Counted from the first letter of the stretch, positions 32,279-42,346 are shown. The stretch is DNA of 59,394 bases from an uncultured Hyphomicrobiales bacterium (GCA_964608275.1 CAZSNL010000006.1:493-59886), one strand, 5' to 3'. Notes: generated by a model not told the origin, from the letters alone. Numbers and translations are program-made.

Positions 32279-33508
32279 TCAGGGCGCAATGACGCCGTCC
32301 GCCGCAAGACGGGCGAGGTCGTCGTTCGACAGTCCGAGCAGGCCCGCCAGGACCTCGCGCGTGTGCTCGCCGAGCCGCGGCGGCGCGATGTCGTACGTGA
32401 TCGGAGTTTCGGAATATCGTATCGGGCTCGCGACGCCCGGTATCCGTGCACCGTCCGGACGGACCGTCTCCACCTTCATTCCGCGCGCCACCACCTGCGG
32501 ATTGGCGAACACCTCGTCGATCGTCGATATCGGCCCGCAGGGCACCGCCTCCGCCTCCAGCAGGTCGATCCACTCGCCCGTGCTGCGCCGGGTCATCGCT
32601 TCGGCGATCAGCGGGACGAGCGTGTCGCGGTTCTCCACCCGGCCACGGTTGGTGACGAACCGGCGGTCGGCGGCGAGGTCGTCGAGGCCGGCTATCCGGC
32701 AGAATGCGGCGAACTGTCGGTCATTGCCGACGGCGAGGATCATGTGCCCGTCGGCGGTCGCGAATACCTGGTAGGGCACGATGTTGGGGTGCGCGTTGCC
32801 GAGCCGCCCGGGAGGGGTACCGCCCACCAGGTAGTTCAGCGCCTGGTTGGCGAGCACGGCCACCTGGCTGTCGAGCAGCGCCATGTCGATATGCTGCCCG
32901 CGACCGGTTTCGCGGCGGCCGTACAGGGCGCCCAGGATGCCGATGACGGAATATAGCCCGGTGAAGATGTCGGCGAATGCAACGCCCACCTTCATCGGCT
33001 CGGCGCCGGGAGTTCCGTCGGGCTGCCCGGTGACGCTCATGATGCCGCCCATGCCCTGGATCATGAAATCGTAGCCGGCACGGTTGCGGTACGGACCGGT
33101 CTGGCCGAACCCGGTGATCGAGCAATAGACGATCCCCGGGTTGGCCGCCGCCACCGACTCGTAGTCGAGGCCGTACCTTGCCAGCCCGCCGACCTTGAAG
33201 TTCTCGATCAGGACGTCACAGCGTCGCGCCAGCCGCAGCACGAGCTCCTGGCCGCGGCTGTCGGAAATATCGATGCAGACGGATCGCTTGCCGCGGTTGG
33301 CAGCGAGGAAGTAGGCGGCATCTCCCGGTCTACCCTCGGCTTCGGGCGCGAGGAACGGCGGGCCCCAGCCGCGCGTATCGTCGCCGGATTCGGGCCGCTC
33401 GACCTTGATGACCTCGGCACCAAGGTCCGCAAGCGTCTGGCCCGCCCACGGCCCGGCAAGCACCCGGCTCAGATCGAGGACGCGAATACCTGCAAGCGGC
33501 CCCGCCAT
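32279..33508 (-). CDS. CaiB/BaiF family III CoA-transferase
   Basis: VLDLSRVLAGP, ANRGKRS, IENFKVG, AFADIFTG; SD GGAGG before ATG 33508. Confidence 0.94.
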   Translation of the reverse strand: MAGPLAGIRVLDLSRVLAGPWAGQTLADLGAEVIKVERPESGDDTRGWGPPFLAPEAEGRPGDAAYFLAANRGKRSVCIDISDSRGQELVLRLARRCDVLIENFKVGGLARYGLDYESVAAANPGIVYCSITGFGQTGPYRNRAGYDFMIQGMGGIMSVTGQPDGTPGAEPMKVGVAFADIFTGLYSVIGILGALYGRRETGRGQHIDMALLDSQVAVLANQALNYLVGGTPPGRLGNAHPNIVPYQVFATADGHMILAVGNDRQFAAFCRIAGLDDLAADRRFVTNRGRVENRDTLVPLIAEAMTRRSTGEWIDLLEAEAVPCGPISTIDEVFANPQVVARGMKVETVRPDGARIPGVASPIRYSETPITYDIAPPRLGEHTREVLAGLLGLSNDDLARLAADGVIAP

Positions 33509-33600
33509 GACACCTCCTCCGTCAACCCCCGCACGGACATGCGATACCGCAAACATGCAGGCTGGGCTATAGCTTCCGCCGGAATCGCAGCGAGGACGAG

Positions 33601-34527
33601 ATGGAAGATCAGGTTTCCTGGCGCGCACTGCCCCGGCCTCACGAGGCGGTCGAGATCACCATGTCCGACGGGGCGCGCATCTGGTTGCGCCGGCACGGCA
33701 ACCGTGACGGCCACCGGGTGGCGCTCAGCCACGGCAATGGACTGGCCATCGACGCCTACTACGGGTTCTGGCGGCATCTGCTGGCATCGTGCGACGTGAT
33801 CCTGTTCGACATCCGAACCCATGGCTGGAACTCGTGGAACCCGCCCGAGAAGCATACATGGCCGCGGATTGTCGACGACATGGAAGAGATCTACCACGCC
33901 ATCGGAACACACTTCGACGACCGGCCGGTCACCGGCGTATTCCATTCCCTTGCCGCCGTTGCCGCGCTCAAGCACACGCTCACGGTCGGCCGGCGGTGGT
34001 CGCGCCTGATCCTTTTCGAACCACCCCTTTGTCCACCGACGGGCCATCCGCTTGCGCCGTCATACGCCATTCACAGGACGGAAATCGCGGAGCGCGCGGC
34101 GCGGCGGACGCAGTTCTATTCCAGTCCGGTATCGTTCGAGCGCCAGTTGCTGGAGAACCCGTACTTCTCGGTCTGGCCCGAGGGCACGCACGAGGTGTTT
34201 GCAAGGACGACGCTGCGGTACGACGAGGAAGCCGGTGTCTGGGTGCTGCGTTGCCCGCGCGAATACGAGGCGCACATCTTCGAAACCAATACGGACGAGA
34301 GCCTGTGGACCGGGCTCGCAGGAGATCTTCCCGTTCCCGTCCACCTCGTCTGCGGGGATGCAAGCCGGCCGGATCCTGATCCCCCCGCTGTGCTGTGCAG
34401 GACGGTCGCCGAAGAACACGGCCTCGACTGCCGGTTCGTTGCAGCCACATCGCATTTGCTGCAACTCGAAGCGCCGTCCGGATCGGCGCAGGCGGTCCTT
34501 GGTGTGCTGGCCAGTCAGGATGTCTAA
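33601..34527 (+). CDS. alpha/beta-fold hydrolase
   Basis: SHGNGL oxyanion region, FDIRTHG, FHSLA elbow, C-terminal TSHLL. Confidence 0.8.
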   Translation: MEDQVSWRALPRPHEAVEITMSDGARIWLRRHGNRDGHRVALSHGNGLAIDAYYGFWRHLLASCDVILFDIRTHGWNSWNPPEKHTWPRIVDDMEEIYHAIGTHFDDRPVTGVFHSLAAVAALKHTLTVGRRWSRLILFEPPLCPPTGHPLAPSYAIHRTEIAERAARRTQFYSSPVSFERQLLENPYFSVWPEGTHEVFARTTLRYDEEAGVWVLRCPREYEAHIFETNTDESLWTGLAGDLPVPVHLVCGDASRPDPDPPAVLCRTVAEEHGLDCRFVAATSHLLQLEAPSGSAQAVLGVLASQDV

Positions 34528-34614
34528 AATTGTCCAAAAATTCAGTCCATGACGTAAATCCGGCATTCGTAATATTACACTCTTCTCTGCAACGTTTGAA
34601 TGAACCCAAGATCA

Positions 34615-34633
34615 GTTTCACTAATCCTGAAAC
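34615..34633. promoter_or_regulatory. inverted repeat GTTTCA-N7-TGAAAC in the AT-rich cpaB upstream region
   Basis: Read directly; same geometry as 42189-42207. Confidence 0.45.
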
Positions 34634-34744
34634 ATACGCTTAATCCCTGCGTGCTAATTGACGCCTTCGACTCGATCTGACGGTCGAAGTCTAACAGGCA
34701 ACGGGGGCGCTTGATCGCTCCGGCACAGGGGACTGGGTGAACAG

Positions 34745-35797
34745 ATGAACGATCTTCGTGCGGAGCTTCGCACTCGCACCGCCAGCAATTTCGGGGATGA
34801 CACGAGATCACGCCGCCGCAGCTTCGGCATAGGTGGCCGCCAACGGCTCAAGATCTTCGCCGGTCTTGGTCTGGCGGTGGTCAGCAGCATCGGTGCCGCG
34901 ATGGTGGCGAGCCAGTGGGTCGAGGCACAGGCGAGCCGGATGGCGGCAGTGGCGGCACCGCCGCCCGTCGTCGTGGAGGCGCCGAAGCAGACGATCGTCG
35001 TGGCCGCCAGGCGCCTGACCTACGGCAGCGAGGTCACGCCGGCAGTGCTCAAGGAAATCGAGTGGATCGCGGACGAACTTCCGTCCGGCGCATTCACGTC
35101 CGCAGACGCGGTACTGGACGATGGTGGCAAGCGGTTCGCGCTGGTCGACATCGAGGCCAACGAGCCCGTCCTTGCGCCGAAGCTCAGCGGTGCGACCAAC
35201 AACTTCACTCTCGCTTCGCGGGTGGCCGCCGGCTACAAGGCGATCACCATCCGCGTCGACGACGTCCTCGGCGTCGCCGGACTGATCATGCCCGGCGACC
35301 GGGTCGACGTGCTGTGGACGCGGACCGAAGGGGCGGGCCAGGATCCAGACAGCGACTACAGCGAGATCCTGCTGCAGAACGTCCAGGTGCTGGCCATCGA
35401 TCAGCAGACCGAGGAAAAGAACAGCATGCCCGGAGTCGCCCGTGCGGTGACCCTGGAAGTCGACACCCTGCAGACCCAGCGCGTCGCGCTCGCTGCTTCG
35501 CTGGGCAAGCTCTACTTGGCGCTGCGCGGCGAAGGCTACGCGGCCGTCGAGGCAACCCGCCGGGTCACCGTGAGCGACCTGTCGCGTCCCACCTTCTTCT
35601 CGACCACCGGCTCCGCCTCCATGATGGCGTCGCTGCCGCGCCACGTGGGCGCGATCGGCCGTGATGGCGGCTCCGCGACCGGTGCCGAGGCGCCGGTGGT
35701 CGGCTGGGCCGAGGCGCCGAGGTTCGTGGTTGTCGGCGTCACCCGCGGGGTCAACCGCAAGGAATACAACGTCATCAGCGAGCGGGCGCTCTACTGA
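34745..35797 (+). CDS. cpaB: Flp pilus assembly protein CpaB/RcpC
   Basis: N-terminal TM, SAF domain, GVAGLIMPGDRVDV, LLQNVQVLAIDQ, AVTLEV. Confidence 0.92.
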   Translation: MNDLRAELRTRTASNFGDDTRSRRRSFGIGGRQRLKIFAGLGLAVVSSIGAAMVASQWVEAQASRMAAVAAPPPVVVEAPKQTIVVAARRLTYGSEVTPAVLKEIEWIADELPSGAFTSADAVLDDGGKRFALVDIEANEPVLAPKLSGATNNFTLASRVAAGYKAITIRVDDVLGVAGLIMPGDRVDVLWTRTEGAGQDPDSDYSEILLQNVQVLAIDQQTEEKNSMPGVARAVTLEVDTLQTQRVALAASLGKLYLALRGEGYAAVEATRRVTVSDLSRPTFFSTTGSASMMASLPRHVGAIGRDGGSATGAEAPVVGWAEAPRFVVVGVTRGVNRKEYNVISERALY

Positions 35798-35907
35798 GCG
35801 TCGACGCGACCGCGCTGCCGCGACTCGGGGGCATCCCCCTTGCGCGGCAGGTGGCGGCGGGCGCCCGGGGGGCGGGCGTTCGCGGAGGCAACAGAGGGGA
35901 GCTGAAA

Positions 35908-37425
35908 GTGTACGAGTATCAGGCAACCCACGGCATCCCGCCGCAGGGCGGCTGGTGTGCCAGGGCGTGGCGGCGGCACCGGCTGGCATTGATCGCCATA
36001 GCGGTCGTGGTCGCAGCCATGGCCTTCGGCAGCGGCACGGCGTCGGCCCAGACGAAGCTTCTCAACCTTTCGAGCGGCAAGGGGATCGGCCAGCTCGTGA
36101 TCCCGATGCGCAAGTCGGAGACCGTGACCCTCGATCAGGAATTCGCCGAGGTGCTGGTCGGCGACGAGACGATTGCCGACGTCCTGCCGATGTCGAACCG
36201 GATGATCTACCTGCTGGGCAAGGAAATAGGCTCGACCAACATCTCCCTTTACAACCGCGACAAGCGGCTGATCGGCGTCATCGACCTCGAGGTATCCTAC
36301 GACATTCCGGGCATCAGGGCGCGGCTCAAGGAGGAACTGCCGTCATCGCGGATCAAGGTCAGCTCGGTCAACGGCAGGGTGCTGCTCAGCGGCACCGCGC
36401 CGAGTGCGTCCGCCGCTGCCCGGGCGGTGACGATCGCCGAGCAGTACGCACCCGACGCCGTCAGCAACGCGGTAAACATCGGCGCCACCCAGCAGGTGAT
36501 GCTGGAGGTGCGCTTCGTCGAGGTTTCGCGCAGCGCCGGACGCGAGCTCGGTGTTCACTGGGACGTCGCCAGCAACCGGGTCCAGGCCGTGGTCGGAACC
36601 GGGCTCATCACCGGCTCGCCGTTCGGCAGCGTCCTCGGCACCCTGCTCAACAACGGCGTCGACGCCGACGTGATCGTCGATGCGCTGGAAGAGCGCGGCC
36701 TCGCCCGCAGGCTGGCTGAACCGAACCTGGTGGCGCTGTCGGGCGATACCGCAAGCTTCCTCGCCGGCGGCGAGTTCCCGTTCCCGGTGGCCGCGGAAGA
36801 TGACCGGATCACAATCGAGTTCAAGAGGTTCGGCGTCGGCCTCAACTTTACCCCGACGGTGCTCGAAGACGGTCTGGTGAACCTGCAGATCGAGCCGGAA
36901 GTCAGCCAGCTCGATCCGACCAACACCCTGCGCTCCGGCGGCATCGAGATCCCGAGCCTGGTTGTCCGTCGCGCGCAGACCACGGTCGAGTTGCGCGACG
37001 GGCAGAGCTTCGCCATCGCCGGGCTGCTGCAATCCAACTTCGCCACCGCGCAGCGCCAGCTGCCGTGGCTCGGCCAGGTGCCGATCCTCGGCGCGCTGTT
37101 CCGCTCGGCGTCCTACCAGAAGGACGAGACGGATCTGGTGATCATCGTCACGCCGCGGCTGGTAATCCCGGCGGTGCCGGGGCAGCGGCTGGCGACGCCG
37201 CTCGACAACAGCGTGCCCGGCAACGACATCGATTTCTTCCTGCTCGGCCAGTCCGAGGTCGACAAGGACGTGATCGAGTTCTTCCGCCGCGGCGGCAACC
37301 GGGCGGTGCCGTACGGGCACATGCTGGTTTCCCACCACGCGATCGCCATCCCGGAGCCGATCGCCGCCGGCGGCCGCATCGCCGCCGCTCCCTGGCATGG
37401 AGGCCGCGATGACATCCACCGCTAA
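35908..37425 (+). CDS. cpaC: Tad secretin CpaC/RcpA
   Basis: GSTN, BON-like segment, QVMLEVRFVEV, LAEPNL, SFLAGGEFP, PILGALFRS, ETDLVIIVTP; GTG start inferred. Confidence 0.93.
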   Translation: MYEYQATHGIPPQGGWCARAWRRHRLALIAIAVVVAAMAFGSGTASAQTKLLNLSSGKGIGQLVIPMRKSETVTLDQEFAEVLVGDETIADVLPMSNRMIYLLGKEIGSTNISLYNRDKRLIGVIDLEVSYDIPGIRARLKEELPSSRIKVSSVNGRVLLSGTAPSASAAARAVTIAEQYAPDAVSNAVNIGATQQVMLEVRFVEVSRSAGRELGVHWDVASNRVQAVVGTGLITGSPFGSVLGTLLNNGVDADVIVDALEERGLARRLAEPNLVALSGDTASFLAGGEFPFPVAAEDDRITIEFKRFGVGLNFTPTVLEDGLVNLQIEPEVSQLDPTNTLRSGGIEIPSLVVRRAQTTVELRDGQSFAIAGLLQSNFATAQRQLPWLGQVPILGALFRSASYQKDETDLVIIVTPRLVIPAVPGQRLATPLDNSVPGNDIDFFLLGQSEVDKDVIEFFRRGGNRAVPYGHMLVSHHAIAIPEPIAAGGRIAAAPWHGGRDDIHR

Positions 37426-37741
37426 GCGCCGTGCCGCCCGGCGCGCGGTCCTCGCCGCGCTGCTGGCATCCGCGTTGGCAGGCTGCAACCAGTACGTCGA
37501 GCGCGGCGACACGATCTACTTCGGCGCCGGCGACGCGATGGCGGTCAATGCGGCGATCATGACCAGGGACCCGTGGCCGCCGCACGCCTACGACGTCGAC
37601 ATCCGGCATGACGGCGCGCGCATGGTCAGGGCGGTCGAAACCTACCGCAGCGGCCCCCGGACGCAGCAATCGTCGGGCGGCCAGGGTCCCGTCGAGGCGT
37701 CCGTGCCGGCGTCGCCGATGAGCCCGGCAGTGCCGCAATAG
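37409..37741 (+). CDS. small lipoprotein associated with the secretin
   Basis: Lipobox LAGC, AGDAMAVN...DPWP; overlaps the cpaC stop. Confidence 0.75.
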   Translation: MTSTAKRRAARRAVLAALLASALAGCNQYVERGDTIYFGAGDAMAVNAAIMTRDPWPPHAYDVDIRHDGARMVRAVETYRSGPRTQQSSGGQGPVEASVPASPMSPAVPQ

Positions 37742-37906
37742 GGTGAACGGCAACCGGGCATGCTCGCGGGTCGCCGGCATCGATCGTGGCCGCGGGATAA
37801 CGCCCGCGCCATTGGCAAGGATGTTAATCTCTTTCGGTTACAACCCTGCGTAACCGCATGACTTCACAACGATTGGGGCAGCGGCTCGGCCGCAGCAAAC
37901 GGGGGG

Positions 37907-38419
37907 ATGAGGATGAATCCGGTCAGGCTGGCGCAGGCCGGCGCGATGGCGGCGCTCGCGCTGATGCTCGTCGGATGCCAGACGTACGGCGCATCGGGGC
38001 CGTCGCCGGCCAACCTGCAGTTCGCCGCCGTCGACCCGCAGGTCACCGGCGACCCGCTGGCCGAGGCCCAGGTGCACTTCCGCAGGGGCCAGTACGGGCT
38101 CGCCGAGCGCAAGTTCCGCCGGGCGGTCGAAGACGATCCGCAGAGCGTCGACGCATGGCTCGGGCTTGCCGCGAGCTACGATCATCTCCGGCGCTTCGAC
38201 CTCGCCTCGCGCGCCTACGACAAGGCGTTGCAGCTGGCCGGACCGACGCCCGCCGTCCTCAACAATCTCGGCTATTCGTACCTGTTGCGCGGCAATCTGG
38301 CCGAGGCGCGCAAGAACCTGCTGGCGGCCTACGAGCTCGATCCCGCAAACCCGCTGATCCAGTCCAACCTCGAGCTGCTCGACCAGGGGGCCGCGATGGC
38401 CCGCCGGCGGACCGGCTGA
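37907..38419 (+). CDS. TPR lipoprotein (TadD-like)
   Basis: LVGC lipobox; TPR motifs AWLGLAASYD and NNLGYSYLLRG. Confidence 0.85.
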   Translation: MRMNPVRLAQAGAMAALALMLVGCQTYGASGPSPANLQFAAVDPQVTGDPLAEAQVHFRRGQYGLAERKFRRAVEDDPQSVDAWLGLAASYDHLRRFDLASRAYDKALQLAGPTPAVLNNLGYSYLLRGNLAEARKNLLAAYELDPANPLIQSNLELLDQGAAMARRRTG

Positions 38420-38480
38420 CATCGGCGACGGGACGGAAAGCGCGGCGGGCAGCCGCCCTCCCCGCCCCGGCCCGTTGCCA

Positions 38481-40247
38481 TCAGAACCCGAGATCGGTCT
38501 CGAGCTGGTCGGCGGTGACGCCGAGCACCAGGATGGTGCCGTCGTCGCCGTTGGTGTTGGTGGCATAGTCGATGATGACCAGCGCCCCGCCATCGGCGTT
38601 GTTGAAGTGGACGAACGGCGGTTCGGCGGAGTCGAGACCCTCGATCTCGAAGGTGTCGATGCCGAGCTGGTAGTCGGCGATGGTGTCGTTGCCGAACCCT
38701 TCCTGCGACTCGCCGAACACGAACACGTCGGCGCCTTCGCCGCCGGCGAGCACGTCGTTGCCGGCGTCGCCGGCGATGCGGTCGTTGCCGCCGCCGCCGC
38801 GCAGGTCGTCGTTGCCGGCGCCGCCGGACAGCGTGTCGTTGCCCGCCGCGCCGGTCAGGGTATCGGCACCCTTGCCGCCGGTCAGCCGGTTGACCGCGGC
38901 GTCGCCGACGATGCGGTCGGCGTCGTTGCTGCCGATCACGTCCTCGAACCCGGCGAAATCGTCGCCTTCGGCGTGGCCCCCGCGGGCGACGCCCCTGGCG
39001 AGGTTGACGATCACGCCGCCGGTGCCCTCGGGCTGGGTCGAATAGCTGAGCGCGTCGCGACCGCTGCCGCCGCGCAGCGTGTCGGCGCCGCCATCGCCGG
39101 AGATCTCGTCATTGCCCGCACCGCCGGCGATGACGTCGTTGCCGTCGCCGCCGCGAAGGGTGTCGCCGCCGCCCCCGCCGCGCAGGGAATCGCGGCCCGC
39201 CCCGCCGATCAGGATGTCGGCGCCACCCTGCCCGTCGATGGTGTCGGCGCCGCCGTCGCCGAACACGAAGTCGTTGCCGCCGCCGGTGCGAATGAGGTCG
39301 GCACCGTTGCCGCCCTGGACGGTATCGATGTCGCTGCCGCCGATGATGGTGTCGTTGCCGCCGCCGCCGGCGAGGAAGTCGCGGCCACCCATGCCGCGGA
39401 TGACGTCGTTGCCGGCGCCGCCGTCGATGGTCTCGCCACCACTGCCGCCGGCGAGCGTGTCGTTGCCGGCACCGCCGGTAATCAGCGTCGACGTATCGCG
39501 GTCGCCCAGCAGGCGGTCATCGCCGCGCCCGCCGTGGATCTCGCCGATGCCGTCGAAGTTGCGCGCATCGACGATGTCGTCCCCCCTGGAGCCGAAGAAG
39601 GTTGCGGAGATGCCGGCGTCCGATTCCAGATGGAACCGCGCCGGCTGCTGACCGGGACTGCCGGCCCGCAACTCGACCACCTCGACGTTGAACAGGCTCA
39701 CGCCGGTGACCATGTCGCCGTTGGCGTCGAGCCTGCCGACGAGCACCTCCTCGTCGATGCCGTCGGTCAGCGAGAAACCGTTACGGACGACGATGTCGGC
39801 CTTGTCCAGGTCGTCGCCGCCGTCGAACGTGTCCACGCCCTGTCCGGGCCGCCAGAAGAGGACGTCCTCGCCGCCCGCGCCCTTGATCGTGTCGTTGCCC
39901 CTGGTGCCGACGAACCGGTCGTTGTCGTCGCCGCTTTCGATCTGGTCGTCGCCGTCCAGCAGCGCCTCGAAGAAGTTCGCCGCGCCGTTGCCGAAGACTG
40001 CCGCGGCGTCGGCCTCGCCGTTGTAGATCGGGAAGACCGCACCCGCGGCCTTCCCGATCCCGGTCACGGTGCCGCCGGTGGGCACTCCCGCCAGGTCATA
40101 GGTCAGGCCGCTGCCGATCACCTCGTAGGTTTCGCCGTTGGCGGCCACATAGGTGAAGCCGCCCGCGCTGCGGTTCGCGCTTTCGACGATTGCGAATGCC
40201 TTGGGCTTGGTCATGTCGAGCCGATCTGGCGAAATCAGGAATGCCAT
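38481..40247 (-). CDS. RTX hemolysin-type Ca-binding protein (paralog 1)
   Basis: Many GGxGxD nonapeptides, no Sec signal, no protease motif. Confidence 0.9.
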   Translation of the reverse strand: MAFLISPDRLDMTKPKAFAIVESANRSAGGFTYVAANGETYEVIGSGLTYDLAGVPTGGTVTGIGKAAGAVFPIYNGEADAAAVFGNGAANFFEALLDGDDQIESGDDNDRFVGTRGNDTIKGAGGEDVLFWRPGQGVDTFDGGDDLDKADIVVRNGFSLTDGIDEEVLVGRLDANGDMVTGVSLFNVEVVELRAGSPGQQPARFHLESDAGISATFFGSRGDDIVDARNFDGIGEIHGGRGDDRLLGDRDTSTLITGGAGNDTLAGGSGGETIDGGAGNDVIRGMGGRDFLAGGGGNDTIIGGSDIDTVQGGNGADLIRTGGGNDFVFGDGGADTIDGQGGADILIGGAGRDSLRGGGGGDTLRGGDGNDVIAGGAGNDEISGDGGADTLRGGSGRDALSYSTQPEGTGGVIVNLARGVARGGHAEGDDFAGFEDVIGSNDADRIVGDAAVNRLTGGKGADTLTGAAGNDTLSGGAGNDDLRGGGGNDRIAGDAGNDVLAGGEGADVFVFGESQEGFGNDTIADYQLGIDTFEIEGLDSAEPPFVHFNNADGGALVIIDYATNTNGDDGTILVLGVTADQLETDLGF

Positions 40248-40328
40248 GTCTCACGTTCTCCTCGGGTTGGTACGCGCACCCGCATGAGGCGTGGTGCCGC
40301 TGTTCGGCGCGGAAGGTGGAAGCGGCAG

Positions 40329-40376
40329 GTTTCAGCTGATTTTCGGATGCCCGACGGCCGTGTTTCGATTGTAACG
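40329..40376 (-). promoter_or_regulatory. shared upstream motif, copy 1
   Basis: Plus strand GTTTCAGC-TGA-TTTTC-N17-GTTTCGATTGTAACG. Confidence 0.6.
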
Positions 40377-40487
40377 AGCGGGCTCTGGACCGGCTTCAGG
40401 GGCTGCCCGGCGGGCACCTCGACCGAATGGCGAGAGGGCGGCTCGCGCCGCCCCCCTCCGATCCCGCGTCCCGCAAGCGGGTGGCTG

Positions 40488-42143
40488 CTACAGACCGAGT
40501 TCGGCTGCGATCTGGGCCGCCGTGGCGTTCAGGACCAGCACCCAGTCATCGACGCCTTCGCCGTTGTCCAGGTAGTCGATGGCGATCAGCGCATTGCCCT
40601 CGTCATCGTGCACCGTGACCGACACCACACCCGGTTCCTTGAAGCCCTCGATGAGTATCGTGTCGACGCCGATCTCGTAGTCGGTGATCGTGTCCTCTCC
40701 GAACCCGACCACGAACTTGCTGAAGTGGAACGTATCGGCGCCCTCGCCACCGGTCAGCACGTCGCTACCGCTGTCGCCCATGAGGAAGTCGGCCCCGGCG
40801 CCGCCGACAAGCCGGTCGTCGCCGTCCTGCGCGATGAGGGTATCAGCTCCCTCGCCGCCGTTGAGCGTGTCGTTGCCGACACCGCCGACCAGCATGTTGT
40901 TGCCGCCGTCGCCGACGATCCGGTCGTTGGCGCGGGTGCCGCCGACGTGCTCGATGGCGGCGAAGTCGTCGCCCTCGGCCCAGCCGCCCTTCGCGACACC
41001 CGTGCCGAGATTCACCGTCACACCACCCAGGTTGACCGGCTGGTTGTCGTAGCCGAGATAGTCGGCGCCCTTGCCGCCGCGGATGGTGTCGGCGCCGGCG
41101 CCACCGTAGAGCTCGTCGGCGCCCTTGCCACCCTGCAGGAAGTCGTTCCCACCGCCGCCGAACAGCGCGTCCTTGCCGCCGTCGCCGAACAGGACGTCTG
41201 CTCCGCCGCCACCGCTGATCTGATCGCTGCCGGCGCCTCCGAAGATGGTGTCGGCGCCGCCGTCGCCACGGATCTGTTCGAAGAGTCCGCCCCTGGCGCG
41301 GATCAGGTCGTTTCCGGCGCCGCCGTGGATGCTTTCGCCGTCCTGGCCGCCGATGAGGGTGTCATTGCCATCGCCGCCGAACAGGTTGGTCGTATCGTCG
41401 ACGTCGCCGACAAGCCGATCGTCGCCGCCATGGCCGTACATCTCGCTGAGCCCGTCGAAATTGCGGGCATCGACGTGATCGGCCTGTTCGGAACCGAAGA
41501 AGTCGACGTTGATTGCGGCATCCGATGCGAGGATGAAGGTCTTCGGACCCTTGCCGGCATTGTCGACGTGGATGTTGACCTTTTCCACCTCGGTCACCGC
41601 CACGCCGACGCGCATGGTGCCGTCCGGGTCGAACTTGCCGATCGCGAAGTTGCCTTCTTCGTCGTCGCGCGTCGTGAAGCCATTGCGAATGGTGACGTTC
41701 AGGACGTCGAACCCGTTACCGCCGTCGAACCCGTCGGCGCCCTGGCCTGGACGCCAGTCGAGCGAGTCCTGGCCACCGGCGCCCTTGATCAGGTCGCTCC
41801 CCTTGGTGCCGAAGAAGGTGTCGTCGCCCTCGCCGCCCAGGATCTCGTCGTTCCGGGCCGCCAGCACCTCGAAGAAATTTGCTGCGCCGTCGGCGAACAG
41901 CTGTTTCGCGTCGGCTTCACCGACAAAAAGGGCCAGAACGGCGCCCGAGACGGCGATTGCCGTGACCACGCCTCCGTTCGGGATTCCGTTGCCGTCGTAG
42001 GTGAGATTCTGTCCCGCGACCTCCAGTGCCATGCCGTCGGCCGAGACGTAGCTGAAACCGGCAGGCGTGCGATTCGTGCTGCTGGCGATCGCAAAGCCCG
42101 TCGGGTTGGTCAGGTCAATGCCTGCCGCCAGGATGAGTGCCAT
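40488..42143 (-). CDS. RTX hemolysin-type Ca-binding protein (paralog 2)
   Basis: Colinear with paralog 1 (GAANFFE.L, WRPGQG.D.FDGG, VDARNFDG, GFG.DTI.DY..G.DT). Confidence 0.9.
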   Translation of the reverse strand: MALILAAGIDLTNPTGFAIASSTNRTPAGFSYVSADGMALEVAGQNLTYDGNGIPNGGVVTAIAVSGAVLALFVGEADAKQLFADGAANFFEVLAARNDEILGGEGDDTFFGTKGSDLIKGAGGQDSLDWRPGQGADGFDGGNGFDVLNVTIRNGFTTRDDEEGNFAIGKFDPDGTMRVGVAVTEVEKVNIHVDNAGKGPKTFILASDAAINVDFFGSEQADHVDARNFDGLSEMYGHGGDDRLVGDVDDTTNLFGGDGNDTLIGGQDGESIHGGAGNDLIRARGGLFEQIRGDGGADTIFGGAGSDQISGGGGADVLFGDGGKDALFGGGGNDFLQGGKGADELYGGAGADTIRGGKGADYLGYDNQPVNLGGVTVNLGTGVAKGGWAEGDDFAAIEHVGGTRANDRIVGDGGNNMLVGGVGNDTLNGGEGADTLIAQDGDDRLVGGAGADFLMGDSGSDVLTGGEGADTFHFSKFVVGFGEDTITDYEIGVDTILIEGFKEPGVVSVTVHDDEGNALIAIDYLDNGEGVDDWVLVLNATAAQIAAELGL

Positions 42144-42188
42144 TGCTCCAACTCCTTGTCCGTGTCCCTGTCGCGCCGACAGGGCTTC

Positions 42189-42270
42189 GTTTCGTCGGCG
42201 GCGAAACTGCGGACAGGAGTTTTCAGCCGGTTGTCACCTCCGGCGGGAACAACGTTTCGATTGTTTCGAT
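42189..42270 (-). promoter_or_regulatory. shared upstream motif, copy 2, plus inverted repeat GTTTCG-N7-CGAAAC
   Basis: Plus strand TTTTCAGC-CGG-TTGTC-N18-GTTTCGATTGTTTCG (42220-42268); inverted repeat at 42189-42207. Confidence 0.6.
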
Positions 42271-42346
42271 GGCGTTTGAGGATGGTATCCGAAGCGATCA
42301 CGAACTGGCCCCTGCCGGCATCAGGGGCCATGTCGCTCCGGGACGT

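Noticed and set aside
37811-37845. CtrA box near the Tad genes
   Set aside because: Only single TTAA half-sites here and upstream of cpaB; no TTAA-N7-TTAA.
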